Part shown: positions 12,845 through 28,254 of the stretch, piece by piece | How the letters are laid out: each line of letters opens with the position of its first letter | Numbering within the stretch: position 1 is the stretch's first letter | Source of the DNA: Eledone cirrhosa | Taxonomy: Eukaryota | Assembly: GCA_964016885.1 (NCBI GenBank) | Contig: OZ024740.1 | Coordinates: 229,152,001 to 229,216,000 of the forward strand | Direction of reading: 5' to 3' | DNA: 64,000 nucleotides | Notes under the pieces: generated by a model | Told to the model about the DNA's origin: nothing | Databases searched by the model: none | Seen by the model: the letters and a program-made list of their open reading frames with translations, nothing else | Made by a program: the position numbers and the translations under genes

Positions 12845-13639
12845 CGTGTATGTTATATTGGCTAACTTCAACAGTGAAGACGTTTAGTGTCCTTACAACT
12901 ATGAGAAATAGACATTACGACACGACACAATTGATAATATAATCTGTGATACGTTATGTATAAAGAAAAAAAAGGATACGATGTTCGACCTGCTAGAGAT
13001 TTGATAATGTAATTTACGTCTGGAAAAAGATAAGATTGGTTGTTTACGACTACAATGCTGTTGATAGTAGTTGAGTTCGATCAGGACTGAGTATTATTCA
13101 CACACACCACCACCACCACCACCTACCTCGAACACCATGACCACCACACCGACCACCACCTCGACCACCACAAACACCACCACCTCGACCACCACCACGA
13201 ACACGACCACCACCACTGCCACAACCATTACTCCCACCACTGTCAGTCCCTCATCTGTCGCTATATATATATTGTGGGACAAAAATGTCGCCCAGCGCCA
13301 AACTTCTTCCTAAAGAAATGGTGGTGGTGGTGGGGGGGGGGGGGGGGGGGGGAGGTCGATCATCTTTGGTACTGGGCGTGGTGATGTTTTTTCTGGGAGG
13401 AGCATTTTTGGATCCAGTTGGTTCTGCTAGTTTCTCTCTCCTTCTTTCTCTCTCTCTCTCTCTCTCTCCCTTTCTTTCTCTCTCCCCCTTCCTCTATCGC
13501 TATCACTCCCCACCCTCTATCGCTCTATCTTTCACTCCCTCTCCTCTCTCCCTTATCTTCTCTCTCTCCACCTTCTCTATCTCCCTTTCTCTCCTCCTCA
13601 TTTGCAGGAAACCCTGGACATACTCAAATGTTCCAAATC

Positions 13640-14503
13640 GTAAGAATCTAAGACATTATCATTTTTGGTATGCTGATGAATTGATCAACAAAAACTGATA
13701 ATTGCAGGAGCTGGTGCAATAATTGTTTCTACTTTAGGCACAAGGCCAGCAATTACCCAGTGCATTACTGGTACTTTATTTTATCGACCCCGTAAGGATG
13801 AAAGACAAAGTCAACCTCGGCGGGATTTGAACTCAAATCGTAAAGGGACGTAACTATGCTGGAAAGCATGGTGTCCGACCCTCTACCGATACTGCCAATC
13901 CACCAGGAGCTGGTGCAATAATGCGTTAGCTTCAGCATTCGGTTGTCAAAAGAAGAAAGGTAGGTATAAAAACCAAACTCGCTATCTTCAATTCAGTGTT
14001 CATGTCTACCCCTACCTATGGTCATAAATCTTTGGTAATAACAGAATACGATCGCCAATAGGGCTCCGAATAATAACAGAATACGGTCGCCGAAATGGGG
14101 TTCCTCCGAAGAGTCTTTGGAATGGCGTTATTGGATAGGGTGCGTAGCTTGATCAGGGATTCGCTCCGGGTAGAGCTGCTGCTTCTCCGAATCAAGAGAT
14201 CACAACTCAGATACTACGGATATGTGTTTAGAACGTCTAAAGAGAGAATCACTGAACAAGTTTAACGGACAAAGACAACCGACAGGAGACCAGGGGCTAG
14301 AACACGAGCAAGATGGTTAGATAGCATCCCTGAGCTCGGCTGGTTTCGCTTGGGGATCCAACCGAATTAATTGGAGGTGGTTGTTTCTGATGGGACCCTG
14401 TGGATGGCGTGCTTGAGGATTCTACTTCCACGAGCCTCCCAAGAAGAAGAAGAAGAAGAAGAAGAAGAAGAAGAAGAAGAAGAAGAAGAAGAAGAAGAAG
14501 AAG
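13640..14503 (+). mobile_element. RTE-clade LINE fragment with (GAA)n tail
   Basis: YADE (YADD-like), KTKLAIFNSVF..PTYG, AEMGFLRRV, RSQLRYYG and RTRARWLD motifs. Confidence 0.8.
13724..13903 (-). mobile_element. SINE family A with 19-bp TSD
   Basis: TSD caggagctggtgcaataat at 13705-13723 and 13904-13922. Confidence 0.95.
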
Positions 14504-14799
14504 ATTTAATATTCTCGACAGGTGAGCATCTAGCTCATTTGAAATTTCTTCATGGTGAAAACTGGTTAACGATGATTAACAGCAGGATGCTAGGAAAATG
14601 AAATATGGGGACAAAACGATGGAATAATCCAAGTATTAAAAAGTATACTAGAAACAAATTATAACCGAACGTCCACACAAATATAGGCCAATGCAGAACA
14701 TTCTGCAAAGAGTTTAGGCGAAGAATTGGCAGTATCAGCAGAGCGTTGGACACCTTACTTTGGGGCATAGAATTATGTCCCTTTGGGGAATAGAATTAT

Positions 14800-14945
14800 G
14801 TCTCTTTACGTTCTGATTTCAAATCCCACTGAGGTTACCTTTTATCGGGGTCGATAAAATAAAACACCAGAAACGCATTCGGGGTCGATTTAATCGTCTT
14901 TCCCTCCCCAAAGCATTGTTGGCCATGTGCCTAAATCAGAAACAA
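14800..14945 (+). mobile_element. Diverged SINE family A-related fragment
   Basis: caaatcccactgagg...gggtcgataaaataaaacaccag...gtgcctaaatcagaaac. Confidence 0.65.
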
Positions 14946-15430
14946 TCACTAATACCAGCAGAAAAACCACCCGAAGGGTGGTTTTTCTGCTAGCAAGTGT
15001 AGTGTACATATTGATATTATGAGCAAATATTGCATGTAGATATGATACATCAAATAAAATCGTAATTAACAATATGCACAGAAATTAAACGAAGTCTGTG
15101 TCACACTCTCTTCTGTAATCAGTAAAGTAACCCATGATACATTAAAAAAACAGCATATATGATAAACTAAAATGTTATGAAAATGAAAAAGGAGAAAATT
15201 AGCGACGGAAATATAAACCTTATATAACGATGCAAATATATGAATGTTTATATAAGCGATGTGTTGAGTGTTATGATATAACGGACGCTAACCAGAAGTG
15301 TTGACATTTGAACATTTTAAAGAAGGGAATGTTAAAATAAGTAATACTTTGTATATAAGAATATTTATGTTTATACAAGAGCTACGAAATTTAGTAGCTA
15401 AATTATATAATATTCATTAATTATTTATTT

Positions 15431-15590
15431 GGATTGGCAGTGTCGGTAGAGGGTCGGACGTCATGCTTTGACGCATAGAGTTACGGCCCTTTCTATTCTG
15501 AGTTCAAATCCGCCGAGGTCAACTTTGCCTTTCGTCCTTACGGGGTCGATAAACTAAAGTACCAGTAATGGTAAAAGTAGAAACAATTAT
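15431..15590 (+). mobile_element. SINE family A
   Basis: A/B boxes and conserved body. Confidence 0.9.
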
Positions 15591-16439
15591 TTATTCAAAG
15601 TAATTCAACTTATTTTACTAACGGGTTAAAAAAATATAAAACGGAAGCTGTCCTGCACTCCTCCCTTTATATTATAGACGGTTTTTTTTGGGGGGGGGGT
15701 TTTCCCTTAAATGTAAAGACGATAATACGCATGTCTCACTAATGTTTAATCGTAGCAAGTTAGAGGAAACTATGTCATCTGTGAATCAAAACGACTTAGA
15801 GTTACTAACACTTCTTTCTGTCCTTATGGAGAGGGTTTTACTTTTTCAATCCAACGTAGCTACATAGATGTATTTTCTGCAACAATTCGATTCCGGTCAT
15901 CGATCTTCTTGTTTCATTGATTAGTAATTCGTTAAAGAACAGTACTGGGTTTTAAATCAATCAAAGATTATTTTTGTAAATTGTAAATGAATTTCTGTTG
16001 ATTTCGATGATGAGTGTTTTTGTTGTCCGATCAACTGAACTGTTTATACACTAAATGAACGTATATGTGGCTGAATATTTCACAGCTACGTGTACCCTTA
16101 AGGTAATTTTGAGGGAAATCGGTAGAATTAAAAGTACAATCTATCCGACAGTCTCTCAATTCGGTTTCTGTCACTCACGAGGCATGGGTCGATCTGATGT
16201 TATAGTAAAACAAAACATTTGATCTCGATACCCCGCGGTGAGGTCGAACTCGGAACCTCTTGATTTTAAAGAGAGCTTTCTTAACCATATAACTATGTCT
16301 GTGTCGTACTAAAGCATGATTAACAATCGTCTCGGAACACTTACTGTTGAATATAAGAAAGGTCGATCACTGATATGGTGCATACACTGCACTTTAGATA
16401 TTTAGTCGGAATACTTTAACGTACACAGTTCAGTAAGTT

Positions 16440-16612
16440 GGATTGGCAGTATCGGTAGAGAGTCGGACACCATGCTTTGAAGCATAGAGTTACGTCCCTT
16501 TATGATCTGAGTTCAAATCCCGCCGAGGTTAACTTTGCCTCTCATCCTTACGGGGTCGATAAAATAATGTACTGGGTAATTGCAGGCCTTGTGCCTAAAA
16601 TAGAAACAATTA
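16440..16612 (+). mobile_element. SINE family A
   Basis: A/B boxes and conserved body. Confidence 0.9.
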
Positions 16613-16857
16613 TAGTCATGTTACTGTCACAACTCACTTCCTTCACTACCAGTCACTGAAACAACACTAAACGGTACTCCTAGACTTATAAAACAAACTG
16701 AATAAATCTTTAGTTTTATTGTCAAGGTTTCATAAATGATTTCATCTCGTTTAACTGTGGCAACTTTTACTTAGGAAATATATTTACCTCCATTCACTTT
16801 TGTAGAGTTATTTGAGTTTATACCTCTACCATAGAGATATATACTTGGACCTGTAAA

Positions 16858-17100
16858 GGGCAGAGTCGTTAGAACCTCCGATAGAATGCCTTGCGGTATT
16901 CGTTCCAGCTTTCTGCTCTCTGAGATCAAATCCCTCCGAGGTCAACTTTGCTTTTCATCCTTTCGAGATCGATAAAAACAGTGCCAGTCTTGTACTGGGG
17001 GTCGATTCTACCTCTATATCAATTTCTCAGTTCCGTTCTCTCACTCTCTCTCTCCCTCTCTGGAAGACATCAGCTGTGTTCAGACCTAGGGATGCACTAA
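16858..17100 (+). mobile_element. SINE A-related subfamily with internal (CT)n and a different tail
   Basis: Tail gctgtgttcagacc also present, reversed, at ~29370-29390. Confidence 0.65.
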
Positions 17101-17269
17101 GAAACGCCCTGTGCCAATATGGCACCCCTACGACTCCATCAGGAGTTGTGGGTTCAAACATGTACCCGTAACTCTTGATTGAGTCGTAGGGGCGTCATAG
17201 TGATATACGGCGTGTCTTGGGCACCTGAGTGTCACTGAGAGGAAGAGAGAAAGAGATATAGAGAAAGCA

Positions 17270-17410
17270 TCAATCCCAGTACGTGACTGGTATTTTACTT
17301 TGTCGACCTTCAAAGGATGAGAGACAAGGTTGACCTCGGCAGGATTTGAACTCAGAGCGTAGAGAGCCGAAACGACTACGGCAAAGTATTCTATCTGACG
17401 TTCTGGTGAT
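17270..17410 (-). mobile_element. Diverged SINE A-related copy
   Basis: gacctcggcaggatttgaactcag core. Confidence 0.7.
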
Positions 17411-17579
17411 TCAGCCTATATAGCAACCGACTAAGGAAAAGTTATAAAATACTGTTTTTAACATAATTATTTTACTTTAAATAGCAATAAAAGCGAAAAA
17501 AAAGAGCAAACAGCAACAACAACAACAACAACAACAACAACACATTTCATTTCACCCACTTACGCATAGCTAATTATGA

Positions 17580-18866
17580 ACCGATACCTGTACTAGGTCT
17601 AAAAACAATTAGTCAATATGAACAACTAATGAGGAACAGATACCTGTACTAGGACCAAATATAATTACTGTATTTCCCGGCGCCGAAGACGCTTCGTCCT
17701 CGAGGACGCACCCTAATTTTGACAACCAAAAATTTGAAAAAAAATAATAAACAACCTTCGACCTCCAGGACGCATGGAAGATTTTAAAGACTTATTTTAG
17801 GAAAAAAGTAGCGTCTTCGACGCTGGGAAACACAGTAGTCAGTATGAACACCTTACGAGGAACGGACACCTGTATAGGTCTAAATACAATTAGTCAATAT
17901 GAACAACTAACGAGGAACGGACACCTGTATAGGTCTAAATACAATTAGTCAATATGAACAACTAACGAGGAACGGACACCTGTATAGGTCTAAATACAAT
18001 TAGTCAATATGAACAACTAACGAGGAACGGACACCTGTATAGGTCTAAATACAATTAGTCAATATGAACACCTAACGAGGAACGGACACCTGTATAGGTC
18101 TAAATACAATTAGTCAATATGAACAACTAACGAGGAACGGACACCTGTATAGGTCTAAATACAATTAGTCAATATGAACAACTAATGAGGAACGGACACC
18201 TGTATAGGTCTAAATACAATTAGTCAATATGAACACCTAACGAGGAAGTGGCACATGTATAGGTCTAAATACAATTAGTCAATATGAACAACTAATGAGG
18301 AAGAGGCACATGTATAGGTCTAAATACAATTAGTCAATATGAACACCTAACGAGGAAGTGGCACATGTATAGGTCTAAATACAATTAGTCAATATGAACA
18401 CCTAACGAGGAAGAGGCACATGTATAGGTCTAAATACAATTAGTCAATATGAACAACTAATGAGGAACGGACACCTGTATAGGTCTAAATACAATTAGTC
18501 AATATGAACACCTAACGAGGAAGTGGCACATGTATAGGTCTAAATACAATTAGTCAATATGAACACCTAACGAGGAAGAGGCACATGTATAGGTCTAAAT
18601 ACAATTAGTCAATATGAACAACTAATGAGGAACGGACACCTGTATAGGTCTAAATACAATTAGTCAATATGAACAACTAATGAGGAACGGACACCTGTAT
18701 AGGTCTAAATACAATTAGTCAATATGAACAACTAATGAGGAACAGGTACCTGTACTAGGTCTAAATACAATTGTTCAATTTGAACAACTAATGAGGAACA
18801 GGTACCTGTAGTAGGACCAAAACAGATACCTGTAGTAGGACCAAATACAATTAATCAATATGAACA
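17580..18866. repeat. 55-bp tandem satellite, ~19 copies
   Basis: gagg recurs at 17857, 17912, 17967 ...; two internal variants (acggacacc and agtggcaca/agaggcaca). Confidence 0.95.
17668..17835. mobile_element. Intact 168-bp Tc2-like MITE with TA TSD
   Basis: TA|ctgtatttcccggcgccgaagacgc ... gcgtcttcgacgctgggaaacacag|TA, inserted at the TA of a satellite unit. Confidence 0.88.
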
Positions 18867-19064
18867 CATTAATCAATGAGACTCACACTAATCATTAAGT
18901 CCAAAACAAATTAACATTTTAATTAACAAAACAGGCTTACTTTAATTTTATCTCAACATCAGATTAATTTTTTGTTTACAATTAAAAAACAGGAAATGTA
19001 CAAATCTAGAATCGGAACACAGGGAGCAGGAGTCTATTATCGTAAAGCAAATCTACAGCCGTAG

Positions 19065-19342
19065 TATTTTATTTAACAACATCGAAAGGTTGAAAGGCAA
19101 AGTTGACCTCGGTGGGATTTGAACTCAGAGACAAGTGAACCGGAGCGATTAACGTACAGTATTCTAACAGATGTTCTAACGATTCTGCTAAATAGACCGT
19201 CTTAGTATTTTAATTAATGACATCGAAAGGTTGAAATACAAAGCTAACCTCGGCGGGATTTGAACTCAGAACGCAGTGAGCTGGATTATATACCGAATTA
19301 TTCTTTAATCCGACGCCCTAATGACTATGCCAATTCGTCACC
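19065..19342 (-). mobile_element. Two tandem diverged SINE A-related heads
   Basis: acctcgg..ggatttgaactcag occurs twice. Confidence 0.7.
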
Positions 19343-19578
19343 TTCAAGTCAATCATAGTTATAATTGACACTAGTTCATGCAAACGTCTGTGTCAAATTA
19401 AAAAAAAATACTAATACTTACGCCATTACCAAACAAATTTACAGTAATGTCAGTACTCGGAACATGCTTATACGTAATCCTTCTCTATTTATTTTAGTAA
19501 TAGCTTTATTGATTTAAGCCCTATAACGGTCTGTTGGCAAAACATGTCATTATATATATGTTTACACACACACACACG

Positions 19579-19625
<47 letters not shown>

Positions 19626-19775
19626 GTATATATACATATGTGTGTGTGTAAATATATGTATATATATATATACAAACGAATTTATGTCTATTGTAATTAT
19701 ATTTGAATAATCATATTATATAAGTAGGTCTCTCACTCGCAGATACATACACACACGCACTCACACACACATGCA

Positions 19776-19878
<103 letters not shown>

Positions 19879-20389
19879 TTCATTTATTGTAGATATAACT
19901 AGAGATTATATAAATTTAATGAGACTATAAACCTTGCTGGGAATACATACATGAACGTGAAAAAACAAATCCTGTTATTCTTTTCGTAAACAGAAATCAC
20001 GAGATCGCCTTTACATGTTTCACGGATAATTGGCCGATCTTTAGAAGTCAAGTACCCTTTCGTCTACGAAGTGCATTTATTGTCAAACATTATTTACTTC
20101 AAACATAAAAAAACAGAAGTTCACAAAACGGCTTGTCTAATTAACATAAAGTGCACTCGCCGGTGGCGTAATTTATTAAGTAATAAATGTTTATGTTCAA
20201 CAATCTCTATATTAGAAAATCTATCATATAGATAAACTTTGCTGTGAAAACGTAAAAAACATGAAAAATATTCTATTATCTTCTTCGTACACTGTAAAAC
20301 ATGAGATTGCTTTTATGTTTTACGGCTATTTGGCCAATCATTAGGATGTTTTTCTCAGTTATTTACATTACATAATAACCTACGCTTGA

Positions 20390-20515
20390 GGATCTGCGTG
20401 GCTTAGTGGTTAGCTTGTTCTGTTTAAGATCGTAAGATCGTGAGTTCGATTCTTGCCCGCACCAGGCGGCACGTTGAGCCCTTGTGCATGGCGCTTTAGT
20501 TCATGTTGCTCCAGT
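20390..20515 (+). mobile_element. tRNA-derived SINE head (related to 48860-49142)
   Basis: tggcttagtggttag A-box, gagttcgattc B-box, gttgctccagt. Confidence 0.65.
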
Positions 20516-21114
20516 GGTCTGAGGACTTATCCCTTTCCACTGTATTAACAATATCGAAAGCTCTAGTAACAGAACAAAATGATGTGTTGCAGAGGTTCTC
20601 TCCTCTCATTTCCCCACACCAGGCATAGGCCTGCGCTTTCCTGGCGCTGCAGTATTTATTCTGGGTCTCTGCAGTCTGCGTTTACATCCTACCGAGGTCA
20701 CATTTGTCTTCCATCCTTTCGGGATCGATGAAATCAAGTCCCAGTCCACGGCGGAGCATTGCTGGGATTGATAGAACGACAGATAAAATGACTTACAGAA
20801 TGTCTTCCGGCTCATTTCGTTCTGAGTTAAAACCTCACTGTTGTCTACATGGCTGGTAAACTTAATCCACAAATCGATCAAACACTGTCACCTCTCCCTT
20901 AATCGGCCATGTCTCTGGTTAGGGATATCTTACTTTGGCCTACATGACTGGTAAACTTAATCCTCCAGTCGATTAAACACCTCACTTGTCCCTTGATGGA
21001 CCATGTCTCTGGTTTAGAGATATCTCTTTCCCTTCAGTCTTAAAAGTCTTAAGAAGAGTCATGAGCACTGTACTTCTTGTCTGAACAGTAAACAAAAAGA
21101 CACAATAATAATAA

Positions 21115-21530
21115 CGATTTCTACTTTAGGCATAAGGCCAGTAATTTAGGAATATGAGGTAAGCTGATTATATCGACCCAGTTCTTTACTGGTACTTTAT
21201 TTTATCGACTCCCGGAAGGATGAAAGGCAAAGCTGACCTCGGCGGATTTGAACGTAAAGAGCCGGAACAATTATTGCTAAACATTTGTCCAATGCTTTAA
21301 CGATTCTGCGAATCCATGGCCTTCATCATAATATCAATATAGTAATAATAATAATTATTTCTACTTTTGGCACAAGGCCAGCAATTATCCCAGTGCATTA
21401 CTGGTACTTTATATAGTAAAAATAATATAGTAATAATAATAATGGTTTCTGATTTAGGCACAAAGCCTAATTCGATCTCAGTGCATTACTGGTACTTTAT
21501 TTTATCGACCCCGTAAGGAAGAAAGGCAGA
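21115..21530 (-). mobile_element. Cluster of SINE A copies and 3' fragments
   Basis: Repeated tttctacttt.ggca.aaggccag...actggtactttat. Confidence 0.8.
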
Positions 21531-21828
21531 CCCACTTGACTCACTTCTGTTTATCTTATCTCCACTTTCCTCACTGATTAATTATAAAATCATACTTTGC
21601 CCGGCTGGTTGACGCCTTATTCCTGTGAATATTAAATATTTTAGGTTACGTAAAAACTGGCTTGCTAATTGCATAGAGGAAATATTGACATAGAAATCCT
21701 AAAAAGGGTCATGGCATGGGTAACGATTCTCCCTCCTTAAACAAACAGCAAAAAAAAAAAATAATAATAATAATAAACTCTCAATTATGACGCATGGTCC
21801 TATCAAACAGAATTGAAGAACCATTACA

Positions 21829-22400
21829 ATTCATGGTTCCTCACTCTGTCAGGTGTCCAACTCTGATCCGGTAGCTGTGAGTAGAGATGGCTCGAAAAGC
21901 CACCCAAATTCGTGGGTCTTCACTCTTTTAGGTGGCTAACGCTGATCCGATAGCTGTGGGTAGGGAGAGGGCTGGAAGAGGGCTGGAAGAGATATATCCC
22001 AACTCGTGGGTCCTTACTCTTCGAAGTGGCCAACTCTGATCCGATAGCTGTGGGTAGGGAGATGGCTGGAAGAGCCATCCCAACCTGTGGGTCCTTACTC
22101 TTTCATGTGGCCAACTCTGATCCGATAGCTGTGGGTAGGGAGATGGCTGGAAGAGACATCCCAGCCTGTGGGTCCTTACTCTTTCATGTGGCTAACTCTG
22201 ATCCGATAGCTGTGGGTAGGGAGATGGCTGGAAGAGACATACCAGCCTGTGGGTCCTCACTCTTGCAAGTGGCCAACTCTGATACGATAGCAATGGGTAG
22301 GGAGGTGGCTGGAAGAGATCTCCCAATTCATGGGTTCTCACTCTTTCAGGTGGCCACCTTTGATCCGATAGCAGTGAGAAGGGAGATGGTTCGTGGAATA
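21829..22400. repeat. 81-bp GC-richer minisatellite, ~7 copies
   Basis: gtggccaactctgatccgatagc recurs at 22026, 22107, 22188 ... Confidence 0.9.
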
Positions 22401-22646
22401 TGAAGAATTTAACTCAGCGAAATAGAGGAATAGAATAGCAAGTCTAGTAATTAGAATCAGGAAAAAAATGAAGCAAGTCAATCTCTTTTCCATTACCAGT
22501 CAAATTCACTTTTGTGATTTGTTTAATATAAACGATACACCCATCATAAAGATCTTCCAATACATGGTGGCTACGAAAAGATTCAACAACAGAAACATTT
22601 AACTGCTTTATAGCTGTCCGTGTGTTTCACCTTTTTCTTATTATTG

Positions 22647-23495
<849 letters not shown>

Positions 23496-23498
23496 GTA

Positions 23499-23533
<35 letters not shown>

Positions 23534-23809
23534 ATCGATCGACTTTCGTCAAATCGGACCGAGGAAACAATGTTTCCATTGGTCTTTCCAGTTGCTAGTA
23601 CTATCTATCGGTCGCAACTCCAGGTAGAAGGAGCAACGTGAAATAAAATGTCTTGCTCAAGGACATAACGCATATATATATATATATATATATATGATTC
23701 CAGTTCCTCGGAGGACTAACACCACACCCAGGAGCTGGATATCGATGAATTGACAGAGTGGAACACATTTCAACAAAATGTTTACCTGTTCTTTCTACAT
23801 TAATTCGTA

Positions 23810-23862
23810 CTGCCTGATGAGGTCGCAGCCAATAATAGCTGTCACTGAAATATATATAGCAG
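23810..23862 (+). ncRNA. Minimal type I hammerhead
   Basis: ctgc CTGATGA ggtc-gcagc-caataata-gctgt-cact GAAA tatata TA gcag; in element 23697-24008 between (TA)n tracts. Confidence 0.75.
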
Positions 23863-24599
23863 AGAATTTATAATAAACGAAGCAAAATTTAACATGTTTG
23901 ACTTACTTATTTTACATTACTCCGGAGTAAACAAACCAGCCTGCGTACCTCGTCGAGTGCTCCAACCTGCATATTGAGGTGTCGGTAAACAACCAACACA
24001 TACTAAAAATATATATATATATATATATATTCCTCCCTCTCTTTTTGCCGTCCTCTCTCCCATTCTCTCTCTCTCCCTCTCTGTTATTTTTGTTTCTTAA
24101 TTATAAGTAGTATTAAATACCTTACCCAATCTGTCATGGCTTACCAGCTCTATACGGACATTTAAATTGATTAAATAAATAAGTGTGCGTATTGGATTCT
24201 GGTACTACTCAATGCATTGGATCAACTTTACACACTCAGTTGTTCATAAAAGTTCCTAAAAAACAAAATAGTATTTTATCCATTAAACAGTTAAGGGAGG
24301 GCCCCAGAAAATGTGAGACCCACTGTATAGACTATTCCTCAGTGGCTAATCCAGCATTATATACACGTAGTTAATATAAAGAATGATGTGTTCATGCGCG
24401 GAGATGCTATAAAAGAGCTTATAAAATATGGGGAAGACCTTTAAATTAGGAAAAAAGTTGCCATCGGCCACTGTGAGGAATCAAACCTCAAATACCGGGT
24501 AGGCGCTTTAAACCTTTAAACTAAGAGACCGTGACATCTCTCACCGTCTTCAATTAGAGAGCTGAATCACACCTTTCAGGTCTCTACAAACATCGTAGT

Positions 24600-25320
<721 letters not shown>

Positions 25321-25335
25321 AAATATATATATATA

Positions 25336-25390
<55 letters not shown>

Positions 25391-25684
25391 CGCGCACATG
25401 CGAGTCTAGGGTCTAACACACATACTGGGTTAAACATGTTCTATTTCTCTATTTCTTTTTATATTATTTCTTCTATTCTTCCTAATACCACACCCTGGAG
25501 GAATGTTGGGAATGTGTCAACAGTCTACCTAGATCAGTAAAGCTAGACGTTGTGAAATAACACACGTCTCGTATGTGAACACGTATCAACATGAAGTGAT
25601 ATCTTCTTAACTAGTCAAGGATCACAGCGCAATGATTACTGCAAGCGTGCTGTTGACGTACATATAACCACCACATAGATATAT

Positions 25685-25718
<34 letters not shown>

Positions 25719-25909
25719 ATAAAATGGATACATATATAAGCACCACATAGATATATAACATATATATATATATATATACATATATAAGCACCACCTATAT
25801 ATATAATATATATATATAGGTAAGTTATTCCGGGTTGAATCGGAGTAAGTAACCACAGTAAGTAAGGTACTCAATACATAGCAGAGTATAACAGTTTTAA
25901 TATAGATGA

Positions 25910-25958
25910 GATTCTACAGGACTAGAACTGTTTCATTCTTGAGAAATCATCAGGAATC
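25910..25958 (-). ncRNA. Type I hammerhead with a true stem III
   Basis: Minus strand: gattc CTGATGA t-ttc-tcaa-gaa-t GAAA cag-ttctagtc-ctg TA gaatc; element 25818-25983 in (TA)n. Confidence 0.75.
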
Positions 25959-26394
25959 AGAGAATCTCATCTATATTAAAACTATATATATATATTAGGT
26001 TCTTAACCCCGCTATCAGGCTAAATAATTTCTTTAATTTCTTTAGTCAAAATACGGCGATAGCTTATATTTCTAATTTCAAACTCGCTCGCTGTTTCGAA
26101 AATATTCTTACATATATATATATATATATATATATATAACCACTCCATATGTATGTAACATATACACACACATATATATATATAACCACCACATAGATAT
26201 ATAATATATACATATATATATATAACTACGATACATCTCACTTAGTTCTTGCAATGACCAGTTCAGCAGGCCAAATTTTGGCGTTAGAATTGGCACAGCA
26301 TAAGTATTGTGGGCAATGTATTTGTTCTACGCTGACAGTTCTGATGACCATATTTTCTTTACTCTTCTGAGGTATTCAGTTCTGGTTCTCTCCT

Positions 26395-26426
<32 letters not shown>

Positions 26427-26479
26427 TGTATGTATGTATGTATGTATGTATGTATGTATGTATGTATGTATGTATGTAT

Positions 26480-27072
26480 AGTAGTTGGTGCTACTGGTAA
26501 CATGTATCCCAGTACAACCTGTCTCATGGTCGTTGACGATTAAACTGGCAACCCCACCAAGGTTTCTTGGTGAGGAGGGTGACTTTGGACATCCTGCAGG
26601 ACTAAAAACAAAACCTGCCAAAGAGCAAAAGAGCTCTTATAGTCAATGGCCAATCAAAATCATCGGGAGAGATGACCCCTTAGCCTTTGTCAAAGCAGAA
26701 TTCTAGGAGAAGGAAAAGTCTGATATAACACCTGCAACCCTGATGGTATCCAATGATGTTGACTTGTTCTTCTTTTTGGTAAATATCATCTTGGTTAAGA
26801 TAGTGGGACTGGCTTTGTGCAGTGCCTTTGTTCACTATAAAAGCTTCACGGCACAGGCATTGCTTTATATCTGGAGATCTCTCTGCACTTGTCGTCACAT
26901 GGTACCATGGCCCCAGCACTATGTGTCAATAATTGTCGCAAGTGTAGTGTTTGTACCAGAGTTTTCAAGTCGCTGGCTGGACTAAAAAGTCACACTCGTT
27001 CAGCGCATCGGTAGGGGTTCTCCTACATGGATATAAAGTAGTGGCCGTACTCGAAAACGAGTTGGCAGCCAC
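26480..27072 (+). mobile_element. Non-coding (TATG)n-flanked retroposon, longest copy
   Basis: Flanked by (TATG)n on both sides; 3' stem-loop gtggccgtactcgaaaacgagttggcagccac; orientation inferred. Confidence 0.75.
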
Positions 27073-27175
27073 TATGTGTGTATGTATGTAAGTATGTATG
27101 TATTCATGTATGTATGTATGTATGTATGTATGTATGTATGTATGTATGTATGTATGTATGTATGTATGTATGTAT

Positions 27176-27473
27176 AGTAGTTGGTGCTACTGGTAACTTG
27201 TATCCCAGTACAACCTGTCTCATGGTCGGGTCGTTGACGACTAAACTGGCAACCCCACCAAGGTTTCTTGGTGAGGAGGGTGACTTTGGACATCCCGCAG
27301 GACTAAAAACAAAACCTGCCAAAGAGCAAAAGAGCTCTTATTGTCAATGGCCATCCAAAATCACCGGGAGAGATGACCCCTTTGCCTTTGTCAAGGCAGA
27401 ATTCAGCGCATCGGTAGGGTTCCCCTACATGGATATAAAGTAGTAGCCGTACTCGAAAGCGAGTTGGCAGCCA
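27176..27473 (+). mobile_element. Same family, internally deleted
   Basis: gcagaattc joined directly to agcgcatcgg (ttc microhomology). Confidence 0.75.
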
Positions 27474-27590
27474 CTATGTATGTATGTATGTATGTATGTA
27501 TGTATGTATGTATGTATGTATGTATGTATGTATGTATGTATGTATGTATGTGTGTATGTATGTATGTATGTATGTATGTATGTATGTATG

Positions 27591-27953
27591 AAGGAAAACT
27601 CTGATATAACACCTGCAACCCTGATGGTATCCAATGATTTTGGCTTGTTCTTCTGTTTGGTAAATATCATCTTGGTTAAGAGAGTGGGACTGGCTTTGTG
27701 CAGTGCCTTTGCTCACTATAAAAGCTTCACGGCACAGGCATTGCTTTATATCTGGAGATCTCTCTGCCCTTGTCATCACATGGTACCATGGGCCCAGCAC
27801 TATGTGTCAATAATTGTCACAAGTGTAGTGTTTGTACCAGAGTTTTCAAGTCGTGGGCTGGACTAAAAAGTCACACTCGTCAGCGCATCGGTAGAGGTTC
27901 TCCTACATGGATATAAAGTAGTGGCCGTACTCGAAAACGAGTTGGCAGCCACC
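27591..27953 (+). mobile_element. Same family, 5'-truncated
   Basis: Matches 26710-27072. Confidence 0.75.
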
Positions 27954-28078
27954 ATGTATGTATGTATATATACATATGTGTGTAGGTTCATGAAATACGA
28001 TAGAATTGTGGGCAAAAATACACACATACGCACACACATACACACACACACATGCACACACACACAAGCACATATACA

Positions 28079-28135
<57 letters not shown>

Positions 28136-28254
28136 ACACACACACACACACACATGTGCGTGTGTGAGATTCGTATCAGTACACAGTTGAGTACAAGATC
28201 TTTTCCATCAAGTGTTTATCAGTGTTCTATTGCCTAACACAGCCGCCACTCCCA

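Noticed and set aside
27200-27250. HDV-like ribozyme
   Set aside because: P2, P4 and CUAA resemblance only; P1/P1.1/P3 could not be assigned
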